From Isurus oxyrinchus (taxonomy: Eukaryota), in NCBI GenBank assembly GCA_026770705.1, contig JANJGN010000012.1:77686001-77750000 (forward strand): a DNA stretch of 64,000 bases. The letters run 5' to 3'. The notes below the pieces were generated by a model. It did not search any database and was not told the DNA's origin. It worked only from the letters and a program-made list of their open reading frames with translations. Below, piece after piece: positions 24,990 through 37,951 of the stretch; position 1 is the first letter of the stretch; the number at the start of each line of letters is the position of its first letter. Made by a program: the position numbers and the translations under genes.

Positions 24990-26775
24990 TATCATTAAGC
25001 CAGCGTACTAATCCTGGTTCAATGAAGAGTGCAGGAGGACATGCCAGGAGCAATACTAGGCATACCAAAAAAATGAGGTGTCATTCTGGTGAACACAGGA
25101 CTATTTGCGTTCCAAACAGCATAAGCAGCATGCAATAGACAAAGCTAAGTGATCCCACAACCAACAGATCAGTTCCAAGCTCTGCAGTCCTGTTACAGCC
25201 AGTTGTGAAGGGTAGTGGACAATTAAACAATTAGCTAGAGGAGGCAGCTCCAAAAATATCCCCCTCCTTGATGAGGGAGCCTATCAAGTTAATGTAAAAG
25301 ACAAGGCTGAAGCACTTGCACCCACCTTCAGCCAGAATTGCTGAGCGGATGATTCATTTTTGTTTCCACCTGAGGTCTCCAGCATCATAGATGCTAGTTT
25401 TCAGGCAACTAAATTCACTCCACATGATATCAAGAAATGGCTGAAAGCACTGGATTTACAGCAAAGGCAATGGGCCCTGATGACAACGTGTGGTGCTGAA
25501 AACCTGTGCTCCTGAACTAGCTGTGCCCCAAGCCAACCTGTTATGGTACAGATACCAGGCTGGTATCTACCTGAATGTGGAAAACTGCCAAGGTACATGC
25601 TGTTCACAAAAAGCTAGACAAATCCAATCGGGCCAATGACTATCCATCAGTGTACTCTTGATCAAAGTGATGGATGGTGTCATTGGCAGCGCTTTCAAGT
25701 TGTACTTAGTAACATTCTGTTCACTGACACTCAGTTTGGATTCCACAAGGGCCACTTGGTTCCTGGACCTCATTACAGCTTTGGTCAAAACATGGACAAA
25801 AGAGCTGAATTCCAGAGGTAAGGTGAGATAGACTACCCTTAACATCAGGGCAGCATTTGACCGAGTATGGTAGCAAGGAGCCCTGGCATTACTGAAGTCA
25901 ATGAGAATCAGGAGGAAAACTCTCCATTGCTTAGAGCCATACCTGACACAAAGGAAGATTGTGTTTGGAGGCCAAATATCACAGCCTTAGGACATCACTG
26001 AAACAGTTCAAGGCAGTATCCTAGGCCCAACCATCCTCAGTTGTTTCATGAATAACTTTCCCTCCAGCATTAAGAGGGAAATGGGGATGTTCGCTGATGA
26101 TTGCACAATGTTCATTTGCAACTTCGTACATACTGAAGCAGTTCATGCCTGGATGCAGCAAGGCCTGGACAACATTCAGGCTTCGGTGGATAGGTGACAA
26201 GTAACATTTGCATCAAACAAGTGCCAGGCAAAAACCATCTCCAAAAAGCGAGAATCTAACCATCTCCTTCTGACATTACAATTGCTGAATCCCCCACTAT
26301 CCATATGCTGAGGGCTTGCCATTGACCAGAAACTTAACTGGACCACCATATAAATACTGTGGCTACAAGAGCCAGTCAGAGGCTGGGAATTCTGTGACAT
26401 GTAACTCACCTCTTGAATCCTCAAAACCTGCCCACCATCTACATGGCACAAGTCAGGAATGTGATGGAATACTCCTCACCCCCTGGATAAATGCAGCTCC
26501 AATCCCACTGAAGAAGTTCATCAGAATCCAAAACAAAGCAGCCAGTTTGATCAGCACCTCAGCCACCACCTTAAGTAGTCAATCCCTCCACCACTGGCAC
26601 AGTGGTAGCAGTGTGTACCATCTACTAGATACACTGCAGCAACTCACCAAGGTTCCTTCAACAGCACCTTCCAAACTTGCAACGTCTACTGCCTAGAAGA
26701 AAAAGGTAGCAGGCACATAGGAACTCCACCAGCTGCAAGCTCCCCTTCAAGTTGCACATCATCCCAACTTGGAAT
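24990..26775 (+). mobile_element. Degenerate LINE, same family, opposite orientation
   Basis: Homologous to 22812-24645 (GTTCAATGAAGAGTGCAGGA; GGGATGTTCGCTGATGATTGCAC encodes FADD). Many stops and frameshifts. Confidence 0.85.
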
Positions 26776-27260
26776 TGTGCATTGGAAGCAGTTCAGAGGT
26801 TTACCAGACCAATACCTGGAATGGGCAGGTTGTCTTATGAGGAAAGGTTGGACAGACTAGGCTTGTATTCTATGGAGTTTAAAAGAGTAAGAGGTGACTT
26901 GATTGAAACATATAAGTTCCTGAGGGGTCTTGACAGGGTGGATGTGGAGAGGATGTTTCCTCTTGCGGAAGAATCTAGAACTAGGGGTCACTGTTTAAAA
27001 ATAAGGGTCGCCCATTTAATACAGAGATGAGGCAAAAATTTTTCACTCAAGAGGGTCGTGAGTCTTTAGAAATCTCTTCCCAAAAAGGTGGTGGAAGCAG
27101 AGTCTTTGAATATTTTTAAGGCAGGGGTGAATAGATTCTTGATAAGCAAGAAGGTGATATGTTATCAGTGGGATGCAGATTTCAGGTAACCATGATCTTA
27201 TTAAATGACAGAACAGACTCGAGGGGCTGAATGGTCTACTCCTGCTCCTTGTTCGTATGT
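26776..27260 (+). mobile_element. CR1-like LINE 3' end inserted in the tail of the preceding LINE
   Basis: ORF 26752-27030 reads ALEAVQRFTR..LSYEERLDRLGLYSMEFKRVRGDLIETYK. The host tail resumes at about 27261. Confidence 0.85.
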
Positions 27261-27504
27261 CACTGTTCCGTCGCTGTGTCAAAATCCTGGAAAGTAGAAG
27301 TGAATATCGGGGAAAATACTTAAAAAGAGAAATAAAATTTCCTTTCAAAGTAACTTCAATTCAATTCTACAAAATGTAAATGAACTAAAACAAAAAATCT
27401 GATGAGATGATTTTTATAATGCCTATTGGTTCCTGACAACCTCAATAGATATTATACCTACCGCATCTCATCAGTGCAATACTTCAACATCCACATTAAA
27501 ACTG

Positions 27505-28190
27505 GTCAGAGACACCAGGCAGAATCTCTCTGTCAGACACCATGCAGGATGACATCTTAGGCACACACTCACACAGTCAGACACCAGGCAGGGTTACATC
27601 TCACACAAACACACACACACACACAGACAACAGGCAGCATTACATCTCAGGCACGCATACACACATACAGCAGGATTACAACTCAGACGCGTGTACTCAC
27701 AGATGCAGTCAAACACCAGGCAGGATTACATCTCAGGCAGACATGCACACAGAGACACAGTCAGACAGCAGGCAGGATTACATGTGACTGTGTGCGAGAG
27801 AGAGATGTAATCCTGCCACAGTCAGACACGCTGCAGGATCACGTCACCCCCACACAGTCTGACACACTGCAGGATCACGTCACCCTCACACAGTCAGACA
27901 CGCTGCAGGATCACGTCACCCCCACACAGTCTGACACACTGCAGGATCACGTCACCCTCACACAGTCAGACACGCTGCAGGATCACGTCACCCCCACACA
28001 GTCTGACACGCTGCAGGATCACGTCACCCCCACAGTCAGACACACTGCAGGATCACGTCACTGTCACACGCACACACGACAGGATTACAGAACGCACACA
28101 CACGTGCGCACATGTGGCAGGATTACATCGCGTGTGCGCGCCTGCGTGGCAGATTATATCACACACACTAAGGCAGGATTACATCGCGAG
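27505..28190. repeat. Tandem repeat: homogeneous 36-bp units (about 27819-28062) within older GGCAGGATTACATC/CA-rich units
   Basis: Unit CAGTCAGACACGCTGCAGGATCACGTCACCCCCACA, 6-7 copies. It translates as the QSDTLQDHVTPT repeats in ORF 27792-28319. Confidence 0.9.
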
Positions 28191-28505
28191 GAGGCAGTGG
28201 CATACTGGTATTGTCACGGACTAGTATTTCATAGAGTAATGCTTTGGGGAACCAGTGTTCGAATCCCACCATGGCAGATTGTGAAATTTGAATTCAATAC
28301 AATAAATATCTGTAATTAAAAGTCTGATGACGAGCATGAAACCTATTTGGTTCACAAATATCCTTTAGGGAAGGAAATCTGCTGTCTTTACCTGGTCTGT
28401 CCTACATGTGACTCCAGGCCCAAAGCAATGTGGTTGACTCTTAAATGCCATCTGAGCAAGGGCATTTAGGGATGGGCAATAAATGCTGGCCCACATCCCA
28501 TGAAC
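28189..28505 (+). mobile_element. tRNA-derived SINE, same family as 16577-16915
   Basis: B-box GTTCGAATCCC, body GGCAGATTGTGAAATTTGAATTC, and tail AGGGATGGGCAATAAATGCTGG. Confidence 0.8.
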
Positions 28506-28756
28506 AAATATAGAAAAACACAGTCAGCAGTCAGGATTACATCTCGAGTGCACATACAGTCAGACACACACACGCTAAATTACGAGTGCTGCTTTTTTGA
28601 TTCAGTCTCATCCATTTATCATTGTACCAAAGTTTGCCTACGCTCAATTTACATAAGCTTTAACCAGAATGAATAAAATGTCTCATGAACATTTCCTACT
28701 AACCTTTCATCACAGTTCTCGGCGCGTACAAGAAACCATCCATGGTTAATTTATCT

Positions 28757-28762
28757 TTTATT
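28757..28762 (-). promoter_or_regulatory. Candidate polyadenylation signal of the gamma-adaptin gene (3' UTR about 2.5 kb)
   Basis: AATAAA on - ends a repeat-poor, AT-rich stretch downstream of the stop at 31232. Confidence 0.45.
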
Positions 28763-31231
28763 ATTGCATACAAAGTTTATGATCTACATTTAGGTCTGCA
28801 CCACTCTTTTGTACAACATTCATAGAACAAAGTAAACAAAAAAATGCTCATTTGAACACTTTCAAAATGTAAAGAAAATTAAACTGTAAACATGACTTTT
28901 TTCCCCCCACAGAAAAATGTGGTGCTGGAGAAAGAGCTTTCCAGTGAACTCAATGGCCTAGTGAGAGGACCGTCTGCCCTGTGCTGATTGTGTAGCTGTT
29001 TGGCTGCATACGGTGCCTGGATAGCTTGGATCACTTCCACTAATATCAACATTTAGGCAATGTGATCCTTGCCACTCATGCATCTCTGGGCATATGCAGA
29101 ACTCTTGAGCAGTGCTCATCAACTTTTATCAGCATATGAGAAGCATTTGTCTGGTTTCTTTTTTTTTGCTTGCAACCTGGAAAATAGAACCTGCCATAAA
29201 GTTTTAGTGTAGACAAAGATGTGACCACCAGCATGGCATTTATGACCATCACTATTGGGTTTGAAACCCATACATTGTACCATGTTGATGTGGCAATGGT
29301 TCATTTGAGTAGAAGTTGTCAATCTGCTTTTTACTGCATGATGACAACACAGCTTCAGCAGCAAGACAGACAGACTAAACAGACTTACGGTAGCAGGAGA
29401 ACCCATCGGTGGCATTACAGAACCCTACAAACACACACCAGCCACCAAATAAATCAAAATACTGGAAAACATTTCAAACTACTGAAGTTGGGTATATAAA
29501 TGCTTATGGTGGCACACCTTCATATCTCTAACGCTGGAGCAAATGACTGTGGCAGCACTTTCCGTCTGCAGATTTGGAACATAAATCTCACAACTCATAC
29601 TGTACCTTCCACACCTGCAGCTGTACGAGATCTGATGAGAACGGCAGGGCAAGTTATACGTTACACATTATAAACAAAAGATGAGTGACCTGGGTGTCAT
29701 CGGATGAAGCAAATGCAATGACAAATGATTTCAATTTAGCACCCCCCTGACCTTGCCCAATCTGCCTCTGACCTGTAAAGGCAGCAATAGAAAGAATTTG
29801 CTTAAAACATCAACAGAATTTTGTTCTCAGAGCTACACAAACTGCAGCTAGGCTACTAACTACACACCTTATTCAAAGGTGAAAGCAGCGTAATAAATGC
29901 TGCAAATACAGGCCACCAGCCAAGTCTAGAACTTAGACTTAATGACGAGAAAACAAATTTATTTAGATGTGGTTAACAGTTTGCATGGAAAATAACTAAT
30001 TTTTTTGGGGAAAACTTTTACAATCTCCTGCAGTGAGACAAACCTCTCCTCAGGTCTAAACAAAATGGTGGCGCTGTTTTGTACTGATGGAATGGCTTTT
30101 TTGGTGTGCAAAACATTATAGATTTTGCACATTTTCTGGGGACAGTGAACAAAGACAGACTACAAAAATGTGAGGACTGTACCAATTTACAACATAATCA
30201 ATAGAATGGGCAACAAAAAATAACACACAGAAAGATGTTTGAACTACCGGAATTTGAGTCCCTGAATACCCATCACTGAACCCGTGACATGACTCATCAC
30301 CTGGTGGTTAAAGCCACAAATGACTTTTTGTTTTAAATGGTTACATTTTGGTGAACAGCCTGTGTCTAATTCCGTTTATTTTTAAGATCAGTGCAAAACA
30401 GTTTGTAATTAGAACTGTAGATCTTGAGTAAATGAAATGGTGCATTTTTCTAACAGCTTAGTGTATTGGTTTAAAAGGCGCATTGTCATCAGGCCTTCCT
30501 TCAGGAAGAACGGAAGAAAAATCTGGACTGTAAACAAAACTGCTATTTCCCCCACTGCCCCTCCCGTTCCTCATTTGATGACGGAGCATCTCTGCGGTGG
30601 AGTGGGATCGTCACATTGGGGCACCATGATAACATTGTACTGGTGAAAGGCTTCCAGATCAGTGTCATTGGAAAGTCCACCAAGGTAGGGAGGGCTCAGA
30701 ACGTGGAAAGGGGATCGACCCCCTTTTACAGAGCTTCCGTTCTACCTGAACAAAACCAGCAATGCAGCAGCCCACAAGTGCAACAGGATCTCAAACTAAA
30801 TTAAATAAATGGATATACTAAATTGTATGAGAAGTCACAGCATTAAATTGTGAATAATCCTTTTGCTTTGTCTGAATATTTCAATAAATAGAATTCTGAC
30901 CTAAACCAAATGGGCTGGATTCTAACCTCATGATTTGTTTTCTACCTACTCATGTAGGTATGATTTTTGTTCATCAAAGCTAGGTAACATCTTATTACAA
31001 CCAGATCCATTAGTTACAGATTATTCAAGACATGAGATTCCACCTCATACGCAATGGATCCATCACAGAAGTAATGTCCTTATACAGTAATTAGGAAATA
31101 TTCAATTTCCTCTCCAATACTGGGGCAGTCTGATGCCAGTTTTGTCCACAGGGATGATTGTACATTGCAGCAGCTTCTGGCTAGCGACCACAGTGTAAAG
31201 TCTAGTCCATGGATTCCATCTTAATGCTCAA

Positions 31232-31333
31232 TCACTCCCAAGCTTGGGGTGGGAATTCGTTGACATCTGCCATAACTTCAATGGGTGCTTCTCTGTGATT
31301 ATACATTAACTTCAGTCTCATCCTTAGCGGGTG
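31232..31333 (-). CDS. AP1G1-like: Gamma-adaptin last coding exon, HPLRMRLKLMYNHREAPIEVMADVNEFPPQAWE*
   Basis: Acceptor ttcccctttaaag; 102 bp ending in TGA. Matches the AP1G1 C-terminus LRMRIKLTYNH...VNNFPPQSWQ*. Confidence 0.92.
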   Translation of the reverse strand, partial: HPLRMRLKLMYNHREAPIEVMADVNEFPPQAWE

Positions 31334-33854
31334 CTTTAAAGGGGAAAAAATACTTTAGGTCAAACTTTTAATGTATTGCTGAACCCCCAATTACCTCACT
31401 TGACTCTGGGAAACTTCCTTTTACTGAAGGTGATGATTCTAGAACATGGTTTACTGATTAATATTGTCCTGAGATAATTCCAACAGGAGATCCAACAGCA
31501 GAAACGAGAGGCTTCGAGGTCAATTTGACGCATCTATATACTCCACTCTGCAATGGATGCCCTAAGTGAAAGCAAATCCAAAATTCCCTCTTCTCTGACA
31601 AACTCAACTGAGAGGCAACTCAAATCTGCATCTACTTCGTGCAGCATGTGTTGGAGAATTGTAATCTCATTATTTGTCACCATTTGACACTCCAAATTAC
31701 AACTGCCAATCGCGGCTTGGTTTTCAGAGATTATCCCTTGAGTGACAAAAAGAAACACCAGTAGGTCAACAGCCCCAGGACAATCTCTAGAACTTCAAAT
31801 GAATGTTCATATGAATACAGAAAAGCAGGGGCTGGGAGAGCAGGTCACCTCAATGCAAGCTGTGTGTTGACTGACACAGTTACTTTTGGTCCCAGCTTTT
31901 CTTCCTTTTCCCACAATGGGTGGGAAAGTTATGGTTCCATAGACACCAGTAACTTGACCAAGTGGGTACTTCTGTCAGTAAGTTATTCACCATGTTGCAA
32001 TTACAGCTGGTCCTAACTTTTACTCCACACCCTCATGCACACCCACTTTCTAGTTCTTCCCATTCTTAAAGCCCAGAGGTAAGTGTAAAAGTGCTTTACA
32101 ATGGATCCAGATCTCAGATTAAATGCACATTGAGCCTACAGAAGTGAGCTGTTCTATTCAATTAACACTATTTTATATATGCTCATTGGTGAACTATGGA
32201 ACCCAAGCACTCTGAATATCCAGTGAATCTCTCACCTTGAGCAGTTTGCCAGAAAATTTGGCCTCTCTCTTCTTGCCTGAAGGTGTCCATTCCTCACTAG
32301 GGGGCTGTTTCATGGCTACCATAATAAAGTTGCCACTGTTTGCATGCAAGCTTAGGTAGGGCTATTCAATCACAGCTGCCCCCACTGTCTTCAGCTAATG
32401 TAAGGGAACATTACTAATTTATTCTCTCCCTAGTCCAGAGGTGCTGTAGTCAGTTCTTGTATCTTAAAGTCAACAAAGACAAAATTGAACCTAAGACATT
32501 CTAGGCTGAATGGTTTTGTTTTATAGTGCTCTGTGCATTCATCACTGAGGGAAGCTTAACCTGGAAATATCAAAGTGGTTTTGAGCATAAAGAAGTTTAA
32601 CATTAAACCTGGAATTACTAGCATAAGAATTAGCTTAACAGTAAGAGGTAGTTACATTCATAGATAAAACTAAAATTATAACAGACCTCGTGTATAACAC
32701 ATATACACTTCCTGCAAGCATATTTACTTCCGGTAACACATTACTGCCCTCACTTTTTTGTTGTTAACTCCTATTATACAACAGTATATTCTCTAAGCAA
32801 TGCTATGGGAGATCTGTTAGAATTAAAGTCAAATCAGGTGACAGGCTGACTGCAAACAGCTCAAGCTCATGAGATAAATTCATCTGCTGATTTAGTCACA
32901 ATGAGTGCAATCAGCTTTGATTTTCTTCCATTGCAAGTCACAAGGCATCAACAAGCCCTGTACATTACACAGGCTTAACACTAGAGGAAACCAATGATGC
33001 ATGAAAGCTACAGATACTGTGACATGCACTAGAAAACACTGCAACCATTTTCTGTCACAGTGCATTAATGACCCTGTCAAAACCTTTTTGAGATATCTTA
33101 TCAAAAACTCAGCACTGGATTACTTTTACAGGATGAATTAAATTTTTAAGTAGGGGAAAAAACAGAAGGTACATAATTTGAATAAATTAATAGATGTCAA
33201 TCATTTCAGTAACCTGTACAGTACCAAACCTATAAACCAACTGATGTATCCTTTCTTGTGATAGACACCAATTGTAAAGTTCAGCCCAGCCATTCGATGG
33301 TGCACTGCCCAGTGAAGTCCTGAGCCAAGCTGACAAGGATAGCCCCAGGATCAACTCCTGGTGTCTGCTGAGTTATGGTGGTAAGCAGCTACCATTGCCC
33401 TCAGCACCCTTTAGCTGGTGTGGGTTGGTCAGAACACCATTAGGAGCCAGTTCTCAATCAGAGTCCAGTGGCTCACTGGAGAACCGTAGGACTTGGCTGA
33501 GAACAGTACCAAGTTCAGCTGAACTGCTCACAGCTTGTATTGATACTAGGGGATGGTCTGGAAGCTGTGGCACTGTACCCCAGCAGGGAAGCCCTTAAAT
33601 GCAGGGGGAGAAAACTAGAATGGGGAAAAAAATCAGCACTGGGTGTGCATGTGGTGTATAAACTTCCTTTATTGCATTCTGATACCCAACAGAAATCAAC
33701 ACATTAAGACAAGCAATACTGTAAAATATCCTAACCCAATTTCTTTATTTAACTAAATGGAACTCCATACAAAGAATAAAAGGGTGAAAGAGGCATGAGA
33801 AAACACTTAAAGGGATACATTAGCAGGTTGGGGTGGGAGTGGGAAGAAACTTAC

Positions 33855-33953
33855 CTTCTGTGAATTGAGAACTCTCATCAACTGTGTTACAGCTCCAGAA
33901 TTCCTAGCAGGAATGATGCTGCCACTGGGAGACATCAATTGCAACTGGAAAGA
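33855..33953 (-). CDS. AP1G1-like: Gamma-adaptin exon (ear), [33 protein letters not shown]
   Basis: ttgcag / gtaagt; 99 bp, phase 0-0. Confidence 0.93.
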
Positions 33954-34414
33954 CTGCAAGAAAACATGGTGGGTGTAATTATTTCTCAGACTTTTTAATT
34001 TTTAAAGTGGTCAACTCAAACTTGTTTTCTTTGCCTCTCTCACCAATTTCCTCCCCTTTTGGCCTTTCCTGTAGGTATTGGGTCCTTATCAAAACACCAT
34101 CCCCTTACCCACAGGACTGAGTTGGCAAGCTATTTTCCTGTGGGTTCATACAGCCAGGTTTAATGTTGTCGTCATCACCCGATGTCCAAACATGCAGGCT
34201 TCCAATGAGTTTCTGGTGAGCATTCAGCTGCAGCGATTTTGGCTAATGTTCTGCTCCCTAACCCAAGGAATATTAAAGCCAACTGCAATAACCCCACCAT
34301 TACTTTCACTAAACCAACATACTACAGGATGGGAATTGTCCCTGGGACATTTAAAAATCTAAGCCACAGGTACACTGTATCATCATTAGCAACCAGCAGG
34401 CATATTTCAGCAGC

Positions 34415-35600
34415 TTGCATTTATATAGTACTTTTAATGCAAAAAAACACAGCAAGGTGTTTTTCAGACATATAATCAAATGCTGAGTCAAAGCAGTGAT
34501 CTTGAATAGGGTGGCCCAATCAGATCTTAGAGGAAAGGAAGGTTTAGGGAGAGAATGCCAGAATTTAGGGGTCTGGGCAGTGGAAGGTAGGGCCGCCAAC
34601 AGCAAAGTAATGAGAAGGAGAGATGCACAAGAGGCCAGAATCAAAAGCTTTGGAGGGATGGACTGCAAGTCTGGTAGCAAGGTGAGGCCATGAAGGGATT
34701 TAAATACAAGGATGAAAGATTTAATTTAAAGGCAATAGGGGACCAGTAGCCAATGTAGGTTAGTGAGGACAAGGCGATGGATGAATGGAACTTGCAATGA
34801 CACTAGCTACAGCAGAGTTTTGGATGAGCTGAAGTTTGTGGAGGTTGCAGAGTAGAAGCCTGCCAGGAGAGCATTGAAACAGTCAAGTCTGATCAGGCAG
34901 GAGCAGAGGTAAACAATGAGGTGGAAGACGATGGTCTTTATGATGAAGAGAATATGGATGAAAAGCTTAGCTTGGTGATAAATAGCAAAAGGTCACAAAC
35001 AACAGCCTGGTTCAACTTGAGAAAATAATCTGGGAAGACTAAGGAATAGGTGGTGAACAGAGCTCATTGTGGAGGCTGAAGATAATGACATCTGTCATTA
35101 TGTTTAACTGGAGAAAGCTATGATGCATCCAAGCTGGATGTCAAATAAATCGCCTGACATCAAGTTACAGTGGAGAAATCTGGAGGCAATGGAGAGGTAG
35201 AACTGGATATTGTCAGTGTAGGCTTGGAAGCTAACTCTACACCTTCCGATATCATGAAGGGTCAGCATTTAGATGTGAAGGAAAAAGATTCCTGAGGGGT
35301 TCCAATGGCAATGGTGTGAGGGCAGGAAGAAAAATCATTGCTGGAGATGCTTTGGCTAAGAATGGATAGGTAGGGGTGTAATAAGTGAGGGCAGGTGGAC
35401 TAAGCTAGAAAAGAGAGGAGAGACATTGAAGGAGAGGGATGCTGTGGTTGCAGGAAAATTGAATTATAGTGCACCATAGCCACTCTCAGGATGTCATCTG
35501 TAACTTTGATTAGAATCTTTCAGTGCTGTGGCAGGGGTGAGGGATTGGGGCAGAAATGTGACTGGCAACATTCAAAGTTACAGGAAAGATTTAAGAAGTG
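34415..35600 (-). mobile_element. Old L2-like LINE fragment
   Basis: Purine-rich decayed segment. The - strand gives KFWHSLPK (L2 WNSLP motif), with a tail like that at 17145. Confidence 0.5.
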
Positions 35601-35632
35601 ACAACGTGTTCAAAGACCTTGATTTTTTTTTA

Positions 35633-37300
35633 ACTCATTCATGTGATGTGGGCGTTGCTGGCTCGGCCAGCATTTATTGTCCATCCCTAATTGCCCTTGA
35701 GAAAGTGATGGTGAGCTGCCTTCTTGAACCGCGGCAGTCCATGTGGTGTAGGTACACTCACAGTGCTGTTAGGGAGGAAGTTCCAGGATTTTGACCCAGT
35801 GACAGTGAAGGAATTACGATATATTTCCATATCAGGATAGTGAGTGGCTTGAAGGGGTTTGGTTAGATTTTCTCTTGCTAGACATGGTCATTGCCTGGCA
35901 CCTGTGTGGAGCAAATGTTACATTCCACTTGTCCGTCCAAACCTGGATATTGTTCAGGTCTTGCTGCATTTGGACATGGACTGCTTCAGTATCTAAGCAG
36001 TTACAAATGGTGAACATTATGCAATCATCAGCAAACATCCCCACTTCTGACTTTATAATGATGAAACAGCTGAAGATGGTTGGGCCTAGGACAGTACCCT
36101 GAGGAACTCCTGCACTTGATAGCATGGTTGATGACCCCTTCCATTATTTTACTGATGGTCAAGAGTAGACTGATGGGACAGCAATTGGCTGGGTTGGATT
36201 CGTCCTGCTTTGTGTGTACAGGACATACTTGGACAATTTCCACATTTCTGGGTAGATGCCACTGTTGTAGCTGTATTGGAATAGCTTGGCTAGGGACATG
36301 GCAAATTCTGGAGCACAAGTCTTCGATACTATTGCCGAAATAGTGTCAGGGCCCATAGCCTTTGCAGTATCCAAGTTAAATCCAGTATATTTCCAAGTCT
36401 GGATGGTGTGTGGCTTGGAGGGGAACTTCCAGATGGTGGAGTTCCCAAGTATCTGCTGCCCTTGACCTTCTAGATGATAGCGGTTGTGGATTTGAAAGGT
36501 GCTAAGGAGCCTTGGTGAGTTGCTGCAGGGCATCTTGTAGATGGAATACACAGCTGCCATTATACATCGGTGGTGGAGGAAGTGAATGTTTGTGGATGGG
36601 GTGCCAATCAAGTGGGCTGCTTTGTCCTGGATGGTATTCCATCACTTGCCTGGCTTGTGCCTTGTAGAAGATGGACAGGCACTGGAGAGTCAAGAGGTGA
36701 GTTACTCGCTATAGGATTCCTAGCCTCTAACCTGCTTTTGTAGACACAGTATTTATATGGCTAGTCCAGTTCATTTTCTGCTCAATGGTAACCTCTAGGA
36801 GGTTGACAGTGGGGGATTTGGCAATGATAATGCCATTGAAGGTCAAGACGCAATGGTTAGATTCTCTTTTGTAGAAGATGGTCACTGCCTGGCACTTGTG
36901 TGGCATGAATGTCATTTGCCTGTCATACCAAGCCTGGATATTGTCCAGGTCTTGTTGCATTTGGACGTGGATTGCTTCAGTATTTGAGTGGCGGCAAATG
37001 GTGCTGAATATGGTGCAATCATCAGCTAGTATCCCCACTTCTAACCTTATGATGGGAGGAAGTTCATTGATGAAGCAGCTGAAGATGGTTGGGCCTAGGA
37101 CACTACTCTTGAGGAACTCCCGCAGTAATGTCTTCGAACTGAGATGATTGATCTCTAACAACCATAACCATCTTCTTTTGTGCTAAGTATGACTCCAACC
37201 AGCAGAGAGTTTCCCCCCACCCCCCGATTCCTGTTTTGATTCCTTGATGCCACACTTGTTCACATGCTGCCTTGATGTCAAGGGCAGTTACTCTCCTCAC
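35633..37300 (-). mobile_element. Mosaic of two rearranged LINE fragments (FADD family)
   Basis: Two RT segments: GVPQGTVLGPTIFSCF..GMFADDC (35832-36125) and SVLGPTIFSCFINELP..ILADDC (36727-37161). Confidence 0.85.
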
Positions 37301-37790
37301 CTGAGGATAGGAAGTTTGCAGATGGAGCAGTAGTTTGCAAGGACTGTAACAAAGAGGTATTTTTTTTGGGGGGCAGTGAGTACAATAGCCAAGGAGAGGA
37401 AATGAATTACAGTACAAAGTAACATGGGGTCTAGGTAAGCAAGTTGGGTATTCAGGGTAGTCAGAAGTGGATTTTGGCTCAAGGGAGCAAGAAGTGAGTC
37501 TCAGACAAGAAAAGGCATGAGGGGAGATAGGAGAGAAACTAGAGAAATAAGCAAAGTTGAGGCTTTGTGTAAAGGAGTAAGGCAGCTGAACAGATGGTCT
37601 TAATCTTAATCATTAAGAATGGTTTAATAACAATTTTGGTAAAATAATAAAAAACTCCAGTTACCAGCTCCTACGACACTCACGTTCTATCAGTAAAGAA
37701 AAAGAATGTCTCTCCTGTATCATTTCATCCCAGAACTCGATCTTCCATTTGCATTTGTTGACCACCAAAACAAAAACTGTTTGGACAAAC

Positions 37791-37951
37791 CTTTGGTACG
37801 GCAGCTTGCAAAACAAAGTTGCTCATGTCCATCTCAGTTGAATTTGATGCTCGTAGAGTGATAAACAGCATATTCGGGTTTGCTTTGGACCGTTCGAAAG
37901 AAAATTCTATTTTCAAACCATTTTGATCATATGCAATGATAGAAGGTATAC
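37791..37951 (-). CDS. AP1G1-like: Gamma-adaptin exon (ear), [54 protein letters not shown]
   Basis: ttccag / gtttgt; 161 bp, phase 1-0. Contains the QAAVPK GAE-domain motif. Confidence 0.95.

Noticed and set aside
27792-28319. 175-aa ORF with QSDTLQDHVTPT repeats
   Set aside because: It is the translation of a 36-bp minisatellite running into a SINE, with no splice or homology support.
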